Below, one piece after another: positions 38,714-48,689 of a stretch of DNA of 64,000 bases. Under the pieces are notes generated by a model that was not told the DNA's origin, searched no databases, and saw nothing but the letters and a program-made list of their open reading frames with translations. The position numbers and the translations under genes are program-made. How positions within the stretch are numbered: the first letter of the stretch is position 1; each line of letters opens with the position of its first letter. This stretch comes from Verrucomicrobiales bacterium. Its GTDB lineage: Bacteria; Actinomycetota; Acidimicrobiia; Acidimicrobiales; SHLQ01. The stretch spans positions 24,161 to 88,160 of the forward strand of contig JBLIMK010000002.1 in assembly GCA_047638715.1 (NCBI GenBank). The letters run 5' to 3'.

Positions 38714-39547
38714 ATGAAGGCTGAACTGCCAGAAATCGAAATGATGCGCCGCGACTTAGAGCGCGAAGTCGTAGGCCGCAAGGTCAAAGGGGCCGCTGCC
38801 GCGGGCATGTCCGTCCTGCCTCGATACAAGAATCGGAAGAGCTTCGCTTCACAGCTCGAGGGCGCCAAGATCACCGGCGTCGTGCGACAGGCCGATTTCC
38901 TTCTCTTTCCGCTCGATACCGAAGACATTCTCGTGATTCGTATGGGGAACGGGATGTTGCGCCGAAACGCAAACAAAGACAAGGAAGAGAAGGGCACCGA
39001 GATCACGATCACGTTCACCCAAGGTGGACAGCTTCGTTTCATCGATGAGGACGGCACCGGCGAGGTCGCCGTGGTTCCCAAAGACGACATCATGAGCGAG
39101 TTCCCCGACCTCAACAATCCGGCACTCGATCCAATCGACACGCCGCTGGCGTGGCTGGCGTTTCGCGACCTGATCGAGTCGCACCCCACCACTCTGAAAG
39201 AGCTCCTGCTCGACGGCAAAGCGATCGTGGGCATCGGCTCGCTCTACGCCGACGAGGTGCTGTTCGACGCTGGTCTTCGCTACGACCGGCTTTCGACATC
39301 GCTCTCGACCCAGGAAGTGCGTCGTCTCTATCGCTCGTTGGTCGAGATACTTCACAACGTCATCAAGTACCGCGGCACAACACTCGAAGACCGGCCATGG
39401 GCTGATGTCTTTGGCGAACCCGGCATCTTCGAACAGCATCTTCAGGTCTACGGGCGACTCGGCGCTCTCAGCCCGCGTTCGCGCACTCCGATCCAGAGGG
39501 CGAAATTTAAGGGTGAGTGGACCTACTTCTGCGAGACGCAGGTCTAG
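38714..39547 (+). CDS. Fpg/MutM-family protein with degenerate catalytic residues
   Basis: ELPEIE N-terminus, H2TH GIG.LYADE.LF, locus between rnc and smc; catalytic Pro and Zn finger missing; SD GGAGGA before ATG 38714. Confidence 0.8.
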   Translation: MKAELPEIEMMRRDLEREVVGRKVKGAAAAGMSVLPRYKNRKSFASQLEGAKITGVVRQADFLLFPLDTEDILVIRMGNGMLRRNANKDKEEKGTEITITFTQGGQLRFIDEDGTGEVAVVPKDDIMSEFPDLNNPALDPIDTPLAWLAFRDLIESHPTTLKELLLDGKAIVGIGSLYADEVLFDAGLRYDRLSTSLSTQEVRRLYRSLVEILHNVIKYRGTTLEDRPWADVFGEPGIFEQHLQVYGRLGALSPRSRTPIQRAKFKGEWTYFCETQV

Positions 39548-39621
39548 CCCGAGTTACATCGATGTAGTTCTTCGCGCTACCGTGGGCGTTCGCGCCGCGG
39601 AACTTGCGCCAGGAGATCTCT

Positions 39622-42600
39622 GTGTATCTGAAATCGCTCACAATGAAGGGCTTCAAGTCCTTCGCTGACTCGGTTGACCTACAACTCGAACCAGGCGTCA
39701 CCGTCGTCGTCGGCCCCAACGGCAGTGGCAAGTCGAACGTTGTCGACGCCATTGCATGGGTGCTCGGGGCCCAGGCACCGAGCTCGGTGCGATCGCAGAA
39801 GATGGACGATGTCATCTTTGCCGGCACATCGAAGCGCCCCGCTCTCGGGCGTGCCCAGGTGTCGCTCGTCATCGACAACTCCGATGGTCAATTGCCAACC
39901 GATTTCAGCGAGGTCGAGATCACCCGAACGCTGTTCCGATCGGGCGAGAGCGAATACCTTCTCAATGGCGTGCCGTGTCGCCTCCTCGATATTCAAGACC
40001 TGCTCTCGGATTCTGGCGTCGGCCGTTCGCAACACGTCATTGTCAGCCAGGGCCAAATCGATGCGGTCCTCAATGCGCGTCCCGAGGAACGCCGACTGAT
40101 CATCGAGGAAGCCGCCGGCGTTCTCAAGTTCCGTAAGCGCCGCGAGAAGGCGCAACGCCGGCTTGTCGCCACCGAAGCCAACCTGACCCGAATCCAAGAC
40201 CTGCTACGCGAGGTTCGACGTCAACTGCGCCCGCTTGAGAAACAAGCCGATGCGGCCCGTCGACACGGCGATGTCGTATCTGAGCTGCACGCCTGCCAGG
40301 TGTGGTTGGCCGGGCGCCAAGTCGAATCGCTGCGCAAGAAGATGAACACTCACTCGCAGAATCGACGCGACTTTGCATCTCAAGATCGCGAGCTTCGTTC
40401 CTTGTTGTCCAGGCTCGACGTCGACATTATGGCGCTCGAGAGCGATCTGTCGGCCCAGGGAGCGGTCGATCTCGGCGACGCGCTCGCTCGGCTCGAGGGG
40501 CTCAGCCAACGTGCTGGCGGGGCCGAAGATCTCTTAGGTGAGCGACTCAAAGGTATAGCTCGTGAACGTCAAGCAACGATCGATGGCGATGTTGTCGCTG
40601 CGCTGCGGAGCGAAGCTGCCCAGCTGGGTGAGCAGCTGACAGAGGTCGATGCGAACGTTCTGGCGCTCGCGCCAGAACAAGAAGAGCTCCTGCACAGCGA
40701 GCAAAGCCTCGCCGACGATCGCTCGACTTTCGAACTCGCACTGTCGTCGATGACCGGTGAAGGGGCCGAGGCCGCTGCAGCAGGTCGGGCCGCTGAGGTC
40801 CGCGGCGAGCTCGCTGCTTTGCGCAACTCGATTACAGCTGCGCAAAAGGAGCTTGCGCGAATCGCCGAGCGGACCACCGGGCTCGAAGCCCGCAAAGCCA
40901 CTCTTGAAGATCGTGCAGTTAGCGAGCGAGACAAGCTCGACACCGCGGTGCAACGTGAGCAGGAGCTCGTCACCGCGGCCGACATCGCGGCTAGCGCACA
41001 CCTCGACGCGCAGGAACGTCTCGCCGTACTTCGTGACGAGCGCGCTGAAGCAGACGCTGTCTGTCGTTCGGCTGAGGCGCGTGTGTCAGCGCTTGCCGAG
41101 GCGCTCGACTCGGCCCGCGCCGCAGCAGGTGCCGATGCGCTTGCCGGAGCGGAAGGTTTGGTGGGCACGCTTCTCGACGTCATGTCGATCGCCCCCGGTT
41201 GGGAAGACGCGGTCGAAGCGGCTCTCGGGGAGGCACTCTCAGCAGTGGTTGTCGACTCATCCAAGGCAGCGCGCCGGGCGCTCGAGCTCTTCGAACAGGG
41301 TCGTGGAAGCGGCGCTGTCATTGCCCTCGACCCGATGCTTCCGCCAGCACTTCCGAGCGAGAACTCGATCCTGAACTACGTCTCTCCGCTTCGCAGCGAT
41401 GTTGCAGGGGTCCTCGGACGGCTTCTGGCCGACATCGACGCCGTCGAGGGCGATTGGCGTGACGCGCTCGATGCCTCTGTCGACTCGGGTCGTGTCGTCG
41501 TCACCAAGTCGGGCGATCGGATCGGTGGCGGACTGTGGCGAATCGGCACCAGCGGCGTCGGAGCAACTCGAGCCGCGCTCGATGAGGCCAAAGCCGCCTC
41601 GGCAGACGCTGCGAACCACCGCCGACGCTGTGATGAACAGTTGACATTGATTGCCGCGCAGGTCGAGACCTTACTCGCGACCGATCAACAGGCCGCAAGT
41701 GCGCTCGACGCGAACGACGCCGACCTGACGTCTACCACCGAGGCGCTCCATCAGATCGACGCTCAGACCCGCCAGATAACTATCGAACAAGATGCCATGG
41801 CCTCCCAGCGCACCGAGCTTGGGGTCCGCTTCACCCGCGAGTCCTCCCGCGTCGGGGAACTTGAGAACCTGCTGCCCGGGCTCGAATCGGCTGAAGTCCA
41901 GTCGGCCGAACGGAATCGCGAGCTCGAAGTCACTCGTTCGAAACTTGCCGAGCGCTCCAGCATCGTGGGCGAACGGCGCACCGACTACGAAGTTCGCTCT
42001 GCGTCGCTCGAGGAGCGTCGTGGCGTGTTGCGTCGACGCCTTGGTGAAGTGCAGGATCGCCTGGAACGCCTGGCTGTCGAGCAGACTGAATCTGAAAGCA
42101 AGCGCCTCGTCCTAAACCGCACAGAAGGTCTGGCGCAACGGATCCAGGTGCTCCTCGCCGACACGATTGGTCATCTCGGTGTGCACCTCGACGGGCGCCG
42201 CGACGAACGTCGTGCCCAGTCTGCAATGGTTCGCGAGCTGACCGAGAAGCTCGATTCGATGCGTGCCGAGCGATCATCGACCGAGGTGCAGCTTCGCGAG
42301 CTGAGTGAACGCACGAACCGTATCGAGATCGAAGAGGCAGAGACTCGACTTCGGCTCGAGACCACGACCGAAATGCTGCGTCGTGACCTCGATGTCGATC
42401 CGCAGGGTGCACTCAGCGCACCACAGCCAGAACTATCGGAGAACGTGACGCCAGCCGCGCGAGCTCGGGAGCTCGAACGCGACCTCAAGCTCATGGGGCC
42501 GATCAACCCTCTGGCATTGCAAGAGTTCGAAGCGCTCCAGGAACGGCACGAGTTTCTCAATGGCCAGCTCGAGGACATTCGTTCCACGCGTCGCGAGCTC

Positions 42601-43149
42601 AACAAAGTGATCAAGGCAATCGATGAGGAAATCGTCACCGTATTCGCCTCGGCCTACGCTGATGTCGCCGACAACTTCACCAGGTTGTTCGATCGACTGT
42701 TCCCTGGTGGCCAGGGCAGCCTTCGCCTCACCGACCCGGACAACCTTCTCGATACTGGCATCGAGGTCAGCGCGAAGCCATCGGGCAAGAACGTAAAGAA
42801 GCTGTCGCTTCTGTCGGGTGGCGAACGCTCGCTCACCGCCCTCGCCTTCCTGTTTGCCGTGTTCCGCAGCCGCCCGTCGCCGTTCTACATCATGGACGAG
42901 GTCGAGGCAGCTCTCGACGATGTGAACCTGCATCGTTTCCTGAGCCTGATCGACGAGTTCCGCTCCGAGGCACAGATGGTGATCGTCTCGCACCAGAAAC
43001 GCACGATGGAGAGTGCTGACTCGTTGTACGGCGTCACGATGGAGTCAGGTGGCTCGTCTCGTGTCGTCAGCGAACGCTCCGAAGTCGAGCGAAACTTCGG
43101 CTCCGGACCAAAGCGCGACCCAGCACTTGCCGACTCACTTACGAAGTAG
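39622..43149 (+). CDS. smc: Chromosome segregation protein SMC
   Basis: GFKSF, GPNGSGKSN, coiled coils, hinge, LSGGE, DEVEAALD, SHQK. Confidence 0.97.
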   Translation: MYLKSLTMKGFKSFADSVDLQLEPGVTVVVGPNGSGKSNVVDAIAWVLGAQAPSSVRSQKMDDVIFAGTSKRPALGRAQVSLVIDNSDGQLPTDFSEVEITRTLFRSGESEYLLNGVPCRLLDIQDLLSDSGVGRSQHVIVSQGQIDAVLNARPEERRLIIEEAAGVLKFRKRREKAQRRLVATEANLTRIQDLLREVRRQLRPLEKQADAARRHGDVVSELHACQVWLAGRQVESLRKKMNTHSQNRRDFASQDRELRSLLSRLDVDIMALESDLSAQGAVDLGDALARLEGLSQRAGGAEDLLGERLKGIARERQATIDGDVVAALRSEAAQLGEQLTEVDANVLALAPEQEELLHSEQSLADDRSTFELALSSMTGEGAEAAAAGRAAEVRGELAALRNSITAAQKELARIAERTTGLEARKATLEDRAVSERDKLDTAVQREQELVTAADIAASAHLDAQERLAVLRDERAEADAVCRSAEARVSALAEALDSARAAAGADALAGAEGLVGTLLDVMSIAPGWEDAVEAALGEALSAVVVDSSKAARRALELFEQGRGSGAVIALDPMLPPALPSENSILNYVSPLRSDVAGVLGRLLADIDAVEGDWRDALDASVDSGRVVVTKSGDRIGGGLWRIGTSGVGATRAALDEAKAASADAANHRRRCDEQLTLIAAQVETLLATDQQAASALDANDADLTSTTEALHQIDAQTRQITIEQDAMASQRTELGVRFTRESSRVGELENLLPGLESAEVQSAERNRELEVTRSKLAERSSIVGERRTDYEVRSASLEERRGVLRRRLGEVQDRLERLAVEQTESESKRLVLNRTEGLAQRIQVLLADTIGHLGVHLDGRRDERRAQSAMVRELTEKLDSMRAERSSTEVQLRELSERTNRIEIEEAETRLRLETTTEMLRRDLDVDPQGALSAPQPELSENVTPAARARELERDLKLMGPINPLALQEFEALQERHEFLNGQLEDIRSTRRELNKVIKAIDEEIVTVFASAYADVADNFTRLFDRLFPGGQGSLRLTDPDNLLDTGIEVSAKPSGKNVKKLSLLSGGERSLTALAFLFAVFRSRPSPFYIMDEVEAALDDVNLHRFLSLIDEFRSEAQMVIVSHQKRTMESADSLYGVTMESGGSSRVVSERSEVERNFGSGPKRDPALADSLTK

Positions 43150-43191
43150 AGGTGCCCAGACCAGGCTTGGTCGTACAAGTACCGTGGACTT

Positions 43192-43881
43192 GTGCGAATC
43201 CTGGTAGTTGATGACGAGGTCGATCTGGCTGATGCGGTCGCGACGGGGCTGCGGCGAGAGGGTTATGCCGTCGACGTGGTCAACGGCGGTGCCGAAGCCC
43301 TCGATCGAGTCCAGTTCCAGCCCTATGATTTGATCTGCCTCGACCTCACGATGCCCGACGTCGATGGTCTTGAGGTCTGCACCCGTCTACGAGCGAATCC
43401 GCCGCCAACGGGTGCGCCAAGAATCTTGATGCTCACCGCGCGCGATGCGACCGATGAGCGCATTCTCGGGCTCGATTCGGGAGCGGACGACTACTTGATC
43501 AAACCGTTCGCTTTCGGCGAACTCTCTGCGCGGATCCGAGTTCTTCTGCGACGCGATGTCGATCATTCCTCGTCGATTCTCGAGGTCGGTACGTTGACTC
43601 TCGACACGGCGCGTCACGACGTCGCCAACGACGGAGCGGTGCTTGATTTGACGCCGAAGGAGTTTGCGCTACTCCGCTATTTCATGACGCACGCCGGCCA
43701 CGTCCTTAGCCAGGAACATTTGCTCGAGCATGTTTGGGACGAGAATGCCGATCCGTTCACGAACACGGTGCGGGTCACCGTTGGCACGTTGCGACGCAAG
43801 CTCCATGGCGACTGCCAGGAGCCGCTCATCGAGACCGTGATCGGTGCGGGTTATCGCCTCATCGATCGGAAGTCGCTGTAG
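43192..43881 (+). CDS. OmpR-family response regulator
   Basis: VVDDE, LDL.MP, LTAR, GADDYL.KPF, winged helix ETV.G.GY. Confidence 0.95.
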   Translation: MRILVVDDEVDLADAVATGLRREGYAVDVVNGGAEALDRVQFQPYDLICLDLTMPDVDGLEVCTRLRANPPPTGAPRILMLTARDATDERILGLDSGADDYLIKPFAFGELSARIRVLLRRDVDHSSSILEVGTLTLDTARHDVANDGAVLDLTPKEFALLRYFMTHAGHVLSQEHLLEHVWDENADPFTNTVRVTVGTLRRKLHGDCQEPLIETVIGAGYRLIDRKSL

Positions 43882-45278
43882 TGAGCATCGACAAGCCCGA
43901 CGATCTGGGTTCGGTCACCGGCGAATTCCGTCCGCCCGAGGTCGCTGCGGCACGTCAGCGGCCCGTGCGTCGTCCAATGAGTGTGGGAGCGAATACCGAT
44001 CGGTTTTTACCGTCGTGGATCGGGTCGATCAGATTTCGCTTGGCGTTGCTGTACTCGGTGCTGCTGTTCGGGCTTGCTGCAATCGTCATCGGTGGTTTGT
44101 ATGGCGGAATCAGTCGCGAGATCGGCGGCACGATTATGGAGGAACCTGGTTTCGATTTCATCATCCGCAATCCAGATGGCGGGCAAGCGGTGACTGTGAG
44201 AGCTCTGGCGGATTTCGAGGCGGAGGTCGACCGACAAGCCCTCGCCGACCTGCGGCGTTATTCCTTCGCCGCGCTCGGCTTGCTCTTCATCACGAGCTTG
44301 GCCGTGGGCTGGTATGTGGCCGGAATCGTATTGCGCCCGATCGAGCGGATTACTGCTGTCGCCCGATCGATCAACGCGACGGATCTGACGAGGCGCATCA
44401 ATCTCGCCGGGCCCGAGGACGAGCTCGGTCAGCTCGCGGGCACGTTCGATGACATGCTCGATCGGCTCGACATGGCCTTCAATGCACAGACTCGGTTCAT
44501 TCATGAAGCGTCGCATGAGCTACGGAACCCCCTCGCTGTTATCCGAACCAACCTCGAGGTGACGCTCGGCGACCCGGACGCGTCGGTCGAAGAACTTCGC
44601 CGGGTCGGACAGGTGGTGTCGCGGTCGGCCGACAGGATGGCCACGCTCGTCGACGATCTTCTCGATCACGCAAGAGAAGAGACTAGAGCCACCCAGGTCG
44701 AAGTCGTCGACCTCGCGGCTGTTGTTCACCATGTGGGCGAAGAGTTCGAGATTCCGGCCGCCGCAGATGGTGTGAGCCTGACCTCGGCGACCGAACCCGA
44801 GCTCCTGGTCGAGGGTGATCCGGTGGCGCTTCGACGTGCACTCGCGAACCTGCTGGCGAATGCGATTCGGCTCGCTCCCGAAGACACGGTCATCTCGATT
44901 CGGGCAGGCGCGGCCGAGGATTGGGTTTGGATGGGAGTGCAGGACCAGGGGCCTGGGCTTTCGCCGACCGACCAGCAGCGGGTCTTCCGACGTTTTTGGC
45001 GGGGCGACAACACGCAGAATATGAAGCGGGATGGGCGAAGTGGGCTCGGACTCGCGATCGTGAAACAGATAGCTGAGACCCATGGCGGCACGGTCCGAGT
45101 CGAGTCTGAACTTGGCGAGGGATCGACATTCGTCATCTGGTTACCGGGCATCGGCGCAGGACCATCACCGTTCGGTCGCGGCGATATCGGCGATGAAGTT
45201 TCTGAAGAATCGACTGGCGGAGTGCCGCTGGACGCACAACATCCTTCGCTTACGGCCTCTTTATCCCCAGACGAATAA
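43881..45278 (+). CDS. HAMP-domain sensor histidine kinase
   Basis: Two TM helices, HAMP, ASHELRNPL, NLLANA, DQGPG, GLGLAIV; start approximate. Confidence 0.93.
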   Translation: MSIDKPDDLGSVTGEFRPPEVAAARQRPVRRPMSVGANTDRFLPSWIGSIRFRLALLYSVLLFGLAAIVIGGLYGGISREIGGTIMEEPGFDFIIRNPDGGQAVTVRALADFEAEVDRQALADLRRYSFAALGLLFITSLAVGWYVAGIVLRPIERITAVARSINATDLTRRINLAGPEDELGQLAGTFDDMLDRLDMAFNAQTRFIHEASHELRNPLAVIRTNLEVTLGDPDASVEELRRVGQVVSRSADRMATLVDDLLDHAREETRATQVEVVDLAAVVHHVGEEFEIPAAADGVSLTSATEPELLVEGDPVALRRALANLLANAIRLAPEDTVISIRAGAAEDWVWMGVQDQGPGLSPTDQQRVFRRFWRGDNTQNMKRDGRSGLGLAIVKQIAETHGGTVRVESELGEGSTFVIWLPGIGAGPSPFGRGDIGDEVSEESTGGVPLDAQHPSLTASLSPDE

Positions 45279-45288
45279 GTTCACTCAT

Positions 45289-45390
45289 GTACTGCTGGAT
45301 CGGCGGGGTACTCCCCTCCGCCCTTCCGATTCAGCACGACGTCAGGGGCTTCGATGCCCGGCGGATCCGTCCTTCGCCGGGCATCCTGCT
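45289..45390 (+). ncRNA. Candidate small RNA: stem with C-rich loop followed by a strong GC hairpin
   Basis: TGCTGGATCGG (45293-45303) pairs with CCGATTCAGCA (45326-45336); second hairpin GATGCCCGGCG/CGCCGGGCATC (45353-45385). Confidence 0.4.
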
Positions 45391-45415
45391 CGTGCACCCA
45401 TAAGATGAATCCGCT

Positions 45416-46519
45416 ATGGGTCCTGAGCTGCTTATCGTCCTGATTGTCGTCGCCATCCTGGTCGTTGGTGGGACTGCCTTCGCCTTCTTCCGAGGCCGCG
45501 CGGACTATGTGCCCACCATCGATTCTTCGGTCACCGACTCCGTTGACCGCACGCTCGATGAAGTCCCTCTGATCGAAGCGCCCGACAGCGTCGATGTCGA
45601 CGAACTGCCCGTCGAACCCGAACCCGCGACCTTCCTCGATCGATTGGGCAAGGCCCGGTCGGCAATGAGCGGCTACCTCGCGTCGATCGTGTCGCGAGGC
45701 GACGTCAGCGCTGAGACGTGGGAGGAACTTGAAGAGGCCCTCATTCGCGCGGACGTCGGAGTGGCGTCGACCATGGAAATCCTCGAGACGGTCCGAGCCT
45801 CCGCTGAGGCTGCTGATGTCGCCGATGGCGCGGCACTTATCGCGCTTGTTAAGGACGAGCTCAAGACCAGACTCCGCGGCAAGGACATCTCTCTATCGCT
45901 CGAGGGCGCTCCAGCGGTGTGGCTGTTCGTGGGCGTGAACGGCGTGGGCAAGACGACAACGATCGGCAAGATCGCGACTCGCGAAGTTGCCGACGGTAAG
46001 TCGCTCGTCCTTGCGGCCGGCGACACCTTCCGCGCTGCCGCAGCTGAACAGTTGACCATGTGGGGAGAACGCGCTGGGGCGCACGTGGTGCGCGGCGCAG
46101 AGGGCGGAGACCCGTCGTCGATCATCTACGATGCCGTCGAGCATGCGGCAGCGGCGGGAGCCGATGTGGTTCTTGCCGATACGGCCGGACGTTTACACAC
46201 GAAGACGAACCTGATGAACGAACTCTCGAAAGTCCGTCGGGTCGCCGAGAAGGGCGCTGGAACGGTGACCGAAACGCTGCTCGTGATCGACGCCACCACC
46301 GGCCAGAACGGGCTCATTCAGGCTCGCGAATTCACCGAAGTAGCGGACGTCACCGGCGTTGTGCTCACGAAACTCGATGGCTCGGCGAAGGGTGGCATCG
46401 TCGTTGCGGTACAAAACGAGCTCGGGATTCCGGTGAAACTCGTCGGACTCGGCGAAGGCGCACACGACCTCATCCCGTTCGACGCAGACGACTTCGTCGA
46501 CGCACTCTTCGAGCATTAG
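45416..46519 (+). CDS. ftsY: Signal recognition particle receptor FtsY with N-terminal TM anchor
   Basis: GVNGVGKTTTIGK, DTFRAAA, DTAGR, DATTGQN, TKLDGSAKGG. Confidence 0.97.
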   Translation: MGPELLIVLIVVAILVVGGTAFAFFRGRADYVPTIDSSVTDSVDRTLDEVPLIEAPDSVDVDELPVEPEPATFLDRLGKARSAMSGYLASIVSRGDVSAETWEELEEALIRADVGVASTMEILETVRASAEAADVADGAALIALVKDELKTRLRGKDISLSLEGAPAVWLFVGVNGVGKTTTIGKIATREVADGKSLVLAAGDTFRAAAAEQLTMWGERAGAHVVRGAEGGDPSSIIYDAVEHAAAAGADVVLADTAGRLHTKTNLMNELSKVRRVAEKGAGTVTETLLVIDATTGQNGLIQAREFTEVADVTGVVLTKLDGSAKGGIVVAVQNELGIPVKLVGLGEGAHDLIPFDADDFVDALFEH

Positions 46520-46574
46520 GCATACGCCTGCAGGGCATATCATCAGTAGGTTTACGAAGGTGAGCTGGCAGACT

Positions 46575-46680
46575 GAAGTGCTGTGTTGGGATCTTGACGC
46601 TGAGCGCCGATAGAGAAGACCAACCCGCATCCTGACGGGCCCTAACGCCGGCCTGGTGAGAAACAAGACGTAGGACAACA
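46575..46680 (+). ncRNA. Candidate structured 5' leader of ffh
   Basis: Nested pairing GTGC/GCAT, GTTGG/CCAAC, TCTT/AAGA within a 161-nt intergenic region. Confidence 0.4.
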
Positions 46681-48135
46681 ATGTTTGACACACTGACAGA
46701 TCGCTTTGACGGCATCTTCGGAAAGCTCCGTGGCAAGGGACGCCTCAGCGAATCCGACGTCGACGAAGCGCTCCGCGAAATCCGCCTCGCTCTGCTGGAA
46801 GCCGACGTCAACTTCGAGGTCGTCAAAGGTCTTGTCGCTCGTATCCGCGACCGAGCGGTTGGCGACGAGCTCTCCAAATCGCTGAATCCAAGTCAGCAGA
46901 TCATCAAGATCGTGCTCGAGGAACTGACCGAGAGCCTCGGCGGCGAAGCGATGCAGATCAGCTTCTCGGCCAAGCCGCCAACCATCATTCTGATGGCCGG
47001 ACTGCAGGGTTCAGGTAAAACCACCAACTCCGCAAAGCTCGCAAATCTGTTCAAATCGCAGGGTCGCAACGTCCTGCTGGTCGGGGCCGATCTCCAGCGC
47101 CCAGCTGCGGTCGAACAGCTTCGCACTCTCGGTAACCAAATCGATGTGCCTGTGTTCTCTGAGGCGACGGATCCTGTCAGCGTTGCTCGTGCATCGCTCG
47201 AGGAAGCAAAGACCCTCGGCCGCGATGTCATCATCTGCGACACGGCAGGTCGATTGGCTATCGACGAAGTGCTGATGGAGGAGGTCCGTCAGATCTCCGA
47301 AGTGCTCTCGCCGGACTACACGTTCTTGGTCGTCGACGCGATGACCGGTCAAGACGCCGTGACCGTCGCCGAGTCGTTCCACACGACACTCGGCCTCGAC
47401 GGTGTCATTCTGACCAAACTCGACGGCGATGCCCGCGGCGGCGCTGCGTTGTCGGTCAAAGAGGTTGTCGGACGGCCGATCGCTTTCGCGTCGACCGGCG
47501 AGAAGCTCGATGAATTCGAGACGTTCCACCCCGATCGCCTCGCGAGTCGCATCCTTGGAATGGGCGATATCGAAACGCTCATCGAGAAGGCCGAAGCCGC
47601 CTTCGAAGAAGACGAGGCCGAAGAAGCGGCAGAACGGCTGCTTTCGGGCACCTTCACGCTCGACGATTTTCTGCAACAGATGCAGCAGATCAAAAAGATG
47701 GGTCCGATCGGCAACCTGCTCGGCATGATGCCGGGCATCCCCAAAGAGGTGCGCGATGTCGAGATCGAAGATAAACAGATCGACCGACTAGAAGCCATCA
47801 TCCGCTCAATGACACCCGCCGAGCGAGCGAAACCCGGTCTGATCGATGCCTCTCGCCGCGGGCGGATCGCTGCCGGCAGCGGAATGAAGCCTCAAGACGT
47901 CAGCTCGCTCGTGACCCAGTTCAACGAGATGCAGAAGATGATGAAGAAATTCGGCATGACGCCACCCAAGCCGAAGTCGAAGCGCAAGGGCGGCAAGAAG
48001 TCAAAGGGTCGGCGATCTGGTGGTCGCACAACGACCAAGGGTGCAGCACCAATGGCCGATCCGAGCGCTCTTATGAGCGAAAGCATCGAGGAGCTGAGCA
48101 GCTTGCGTCTCCCGGGGCTTCCCGACACCGAATAG
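46681..48135 (+). CDS. ffh: Signal recognition particle protein Ffh
   Basis: ALLEADV, GLQGSGKTT, DTAGR, TKLDGDARGG, M domain (AIIRSMT..ER, SRR.RIAAGSG). Confidence 0.98.
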   Translation: MFDTLTDRFDGIFGKLRGKGRLSESDVDEALREIRLALLEADVNFEVVKGLVARIRDRAVGDELSKSLNPSQQIIKIVLEELTESLGGEAMQISFSAKPPTIILMAGLQGSGKTTNSAKLANLFKSQGRNVLLVGADLQRPAAVEQLRTLGNQIDVPVFSEATDPVSVARASLEEAKTLGRDVIICDTAGRLAIDEVLMEEVRQISEVLSPDYTFLVVDAMTGQDAVTVAESFHTTLGLDGVILTKLDGDARGGAALSVKEVVGRPIAFASTGEKLDEFETFHPDRLASRILGMGDIETLIEKAEAAFEEDEAEEAAERLLSGTFTLDDFLQQMQQIKKMGPIGNLLGMMPGIPKEVRDVEIEDKQIDRLEAIIRSMTPAERAKPGLIDASRRGRIAAGSGMKPQDVSSLVTQFNEMQKMMKKFGMTPPKPKSKRKGGKKSKGRRSGGRTTTKGAAPMADPSALMSESIEELSSLRLPGLPDTE

Positions 48136-48242
48136 ACGTGACCAATATCTGTCGCGTCGACCGTGGTGAACCTAGGGCGTGCCGCTAGCATCTACCGGTC
48201 GAGTCTCACCTGTCTCCGAGACTCCAAAGAAGAGGATTTCTT

Positions 48243-48689
48243 GTGGCTGTAAAGCTCCGCCTTATGCGTATGGGTAAGAAGAAGCAACCGACTTACCGCG
48301 TCGTTGCTGCTGACGCGCGTTCACCCCGCAATGGCCGTTTCATTGAGATCGTCGGGACTTACCAGCCCCGAGAAGATCCCTCCGTCATCAGCATCGATAA
48401 CGACAAAGCCGTTCACTGGCTTCGTCACGGTGCACAGCCGACAGAGCGCGTCGCAAAGCTGCTAAAGATCTCTGGTGCGTGGGAACAGTTCACTGGTACC
48501 GCTCCCGTTATTCCGGCAACGCCTGAACCAACCCCGACCAAGGGTTACACCGCTCCCTCACCAGCCAAGCCCCCAAAGGTGGTCGCTCCACCCGTTGAGG
48601 AAGCAGTCGTAGATGCGCCTGCCGACGAGGCTCCAGCTGAGGAAGCAGCAGCAGATGCCGCAGCTCCAACCGGAGGTGACAAGGCATGA
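48243..48689 (+). CDS. rpsP: 30S ribosomal protein S16 with Pro/Ala/Glu-rich tail
   Basis: VKLRLMRMGKKKQP.YRVV.AD.RSPRNG, GAQPT. Confidence 0.97.
   Translation: MAVKLRLMRMGKKKQPTYRVVAADARSPRNGRFIEIVGTYQPREDPSVISIDNDKAVHWLRHGAQPTERVAKLLKISGAWEQFTGTAPVIPATPEPTPTKGYTAPSPAKPPKVVAPPVEEAVVDAPADEAPAEEAAADAAAPTGGDKA

Noticed and set aside
45279..46680. SRP RNA (ffs) near ftsY/ffh
   Set aside because: I found no helix-8 signature (TCAGG..GNRA..AGCAG) on either strand of either intergenic region
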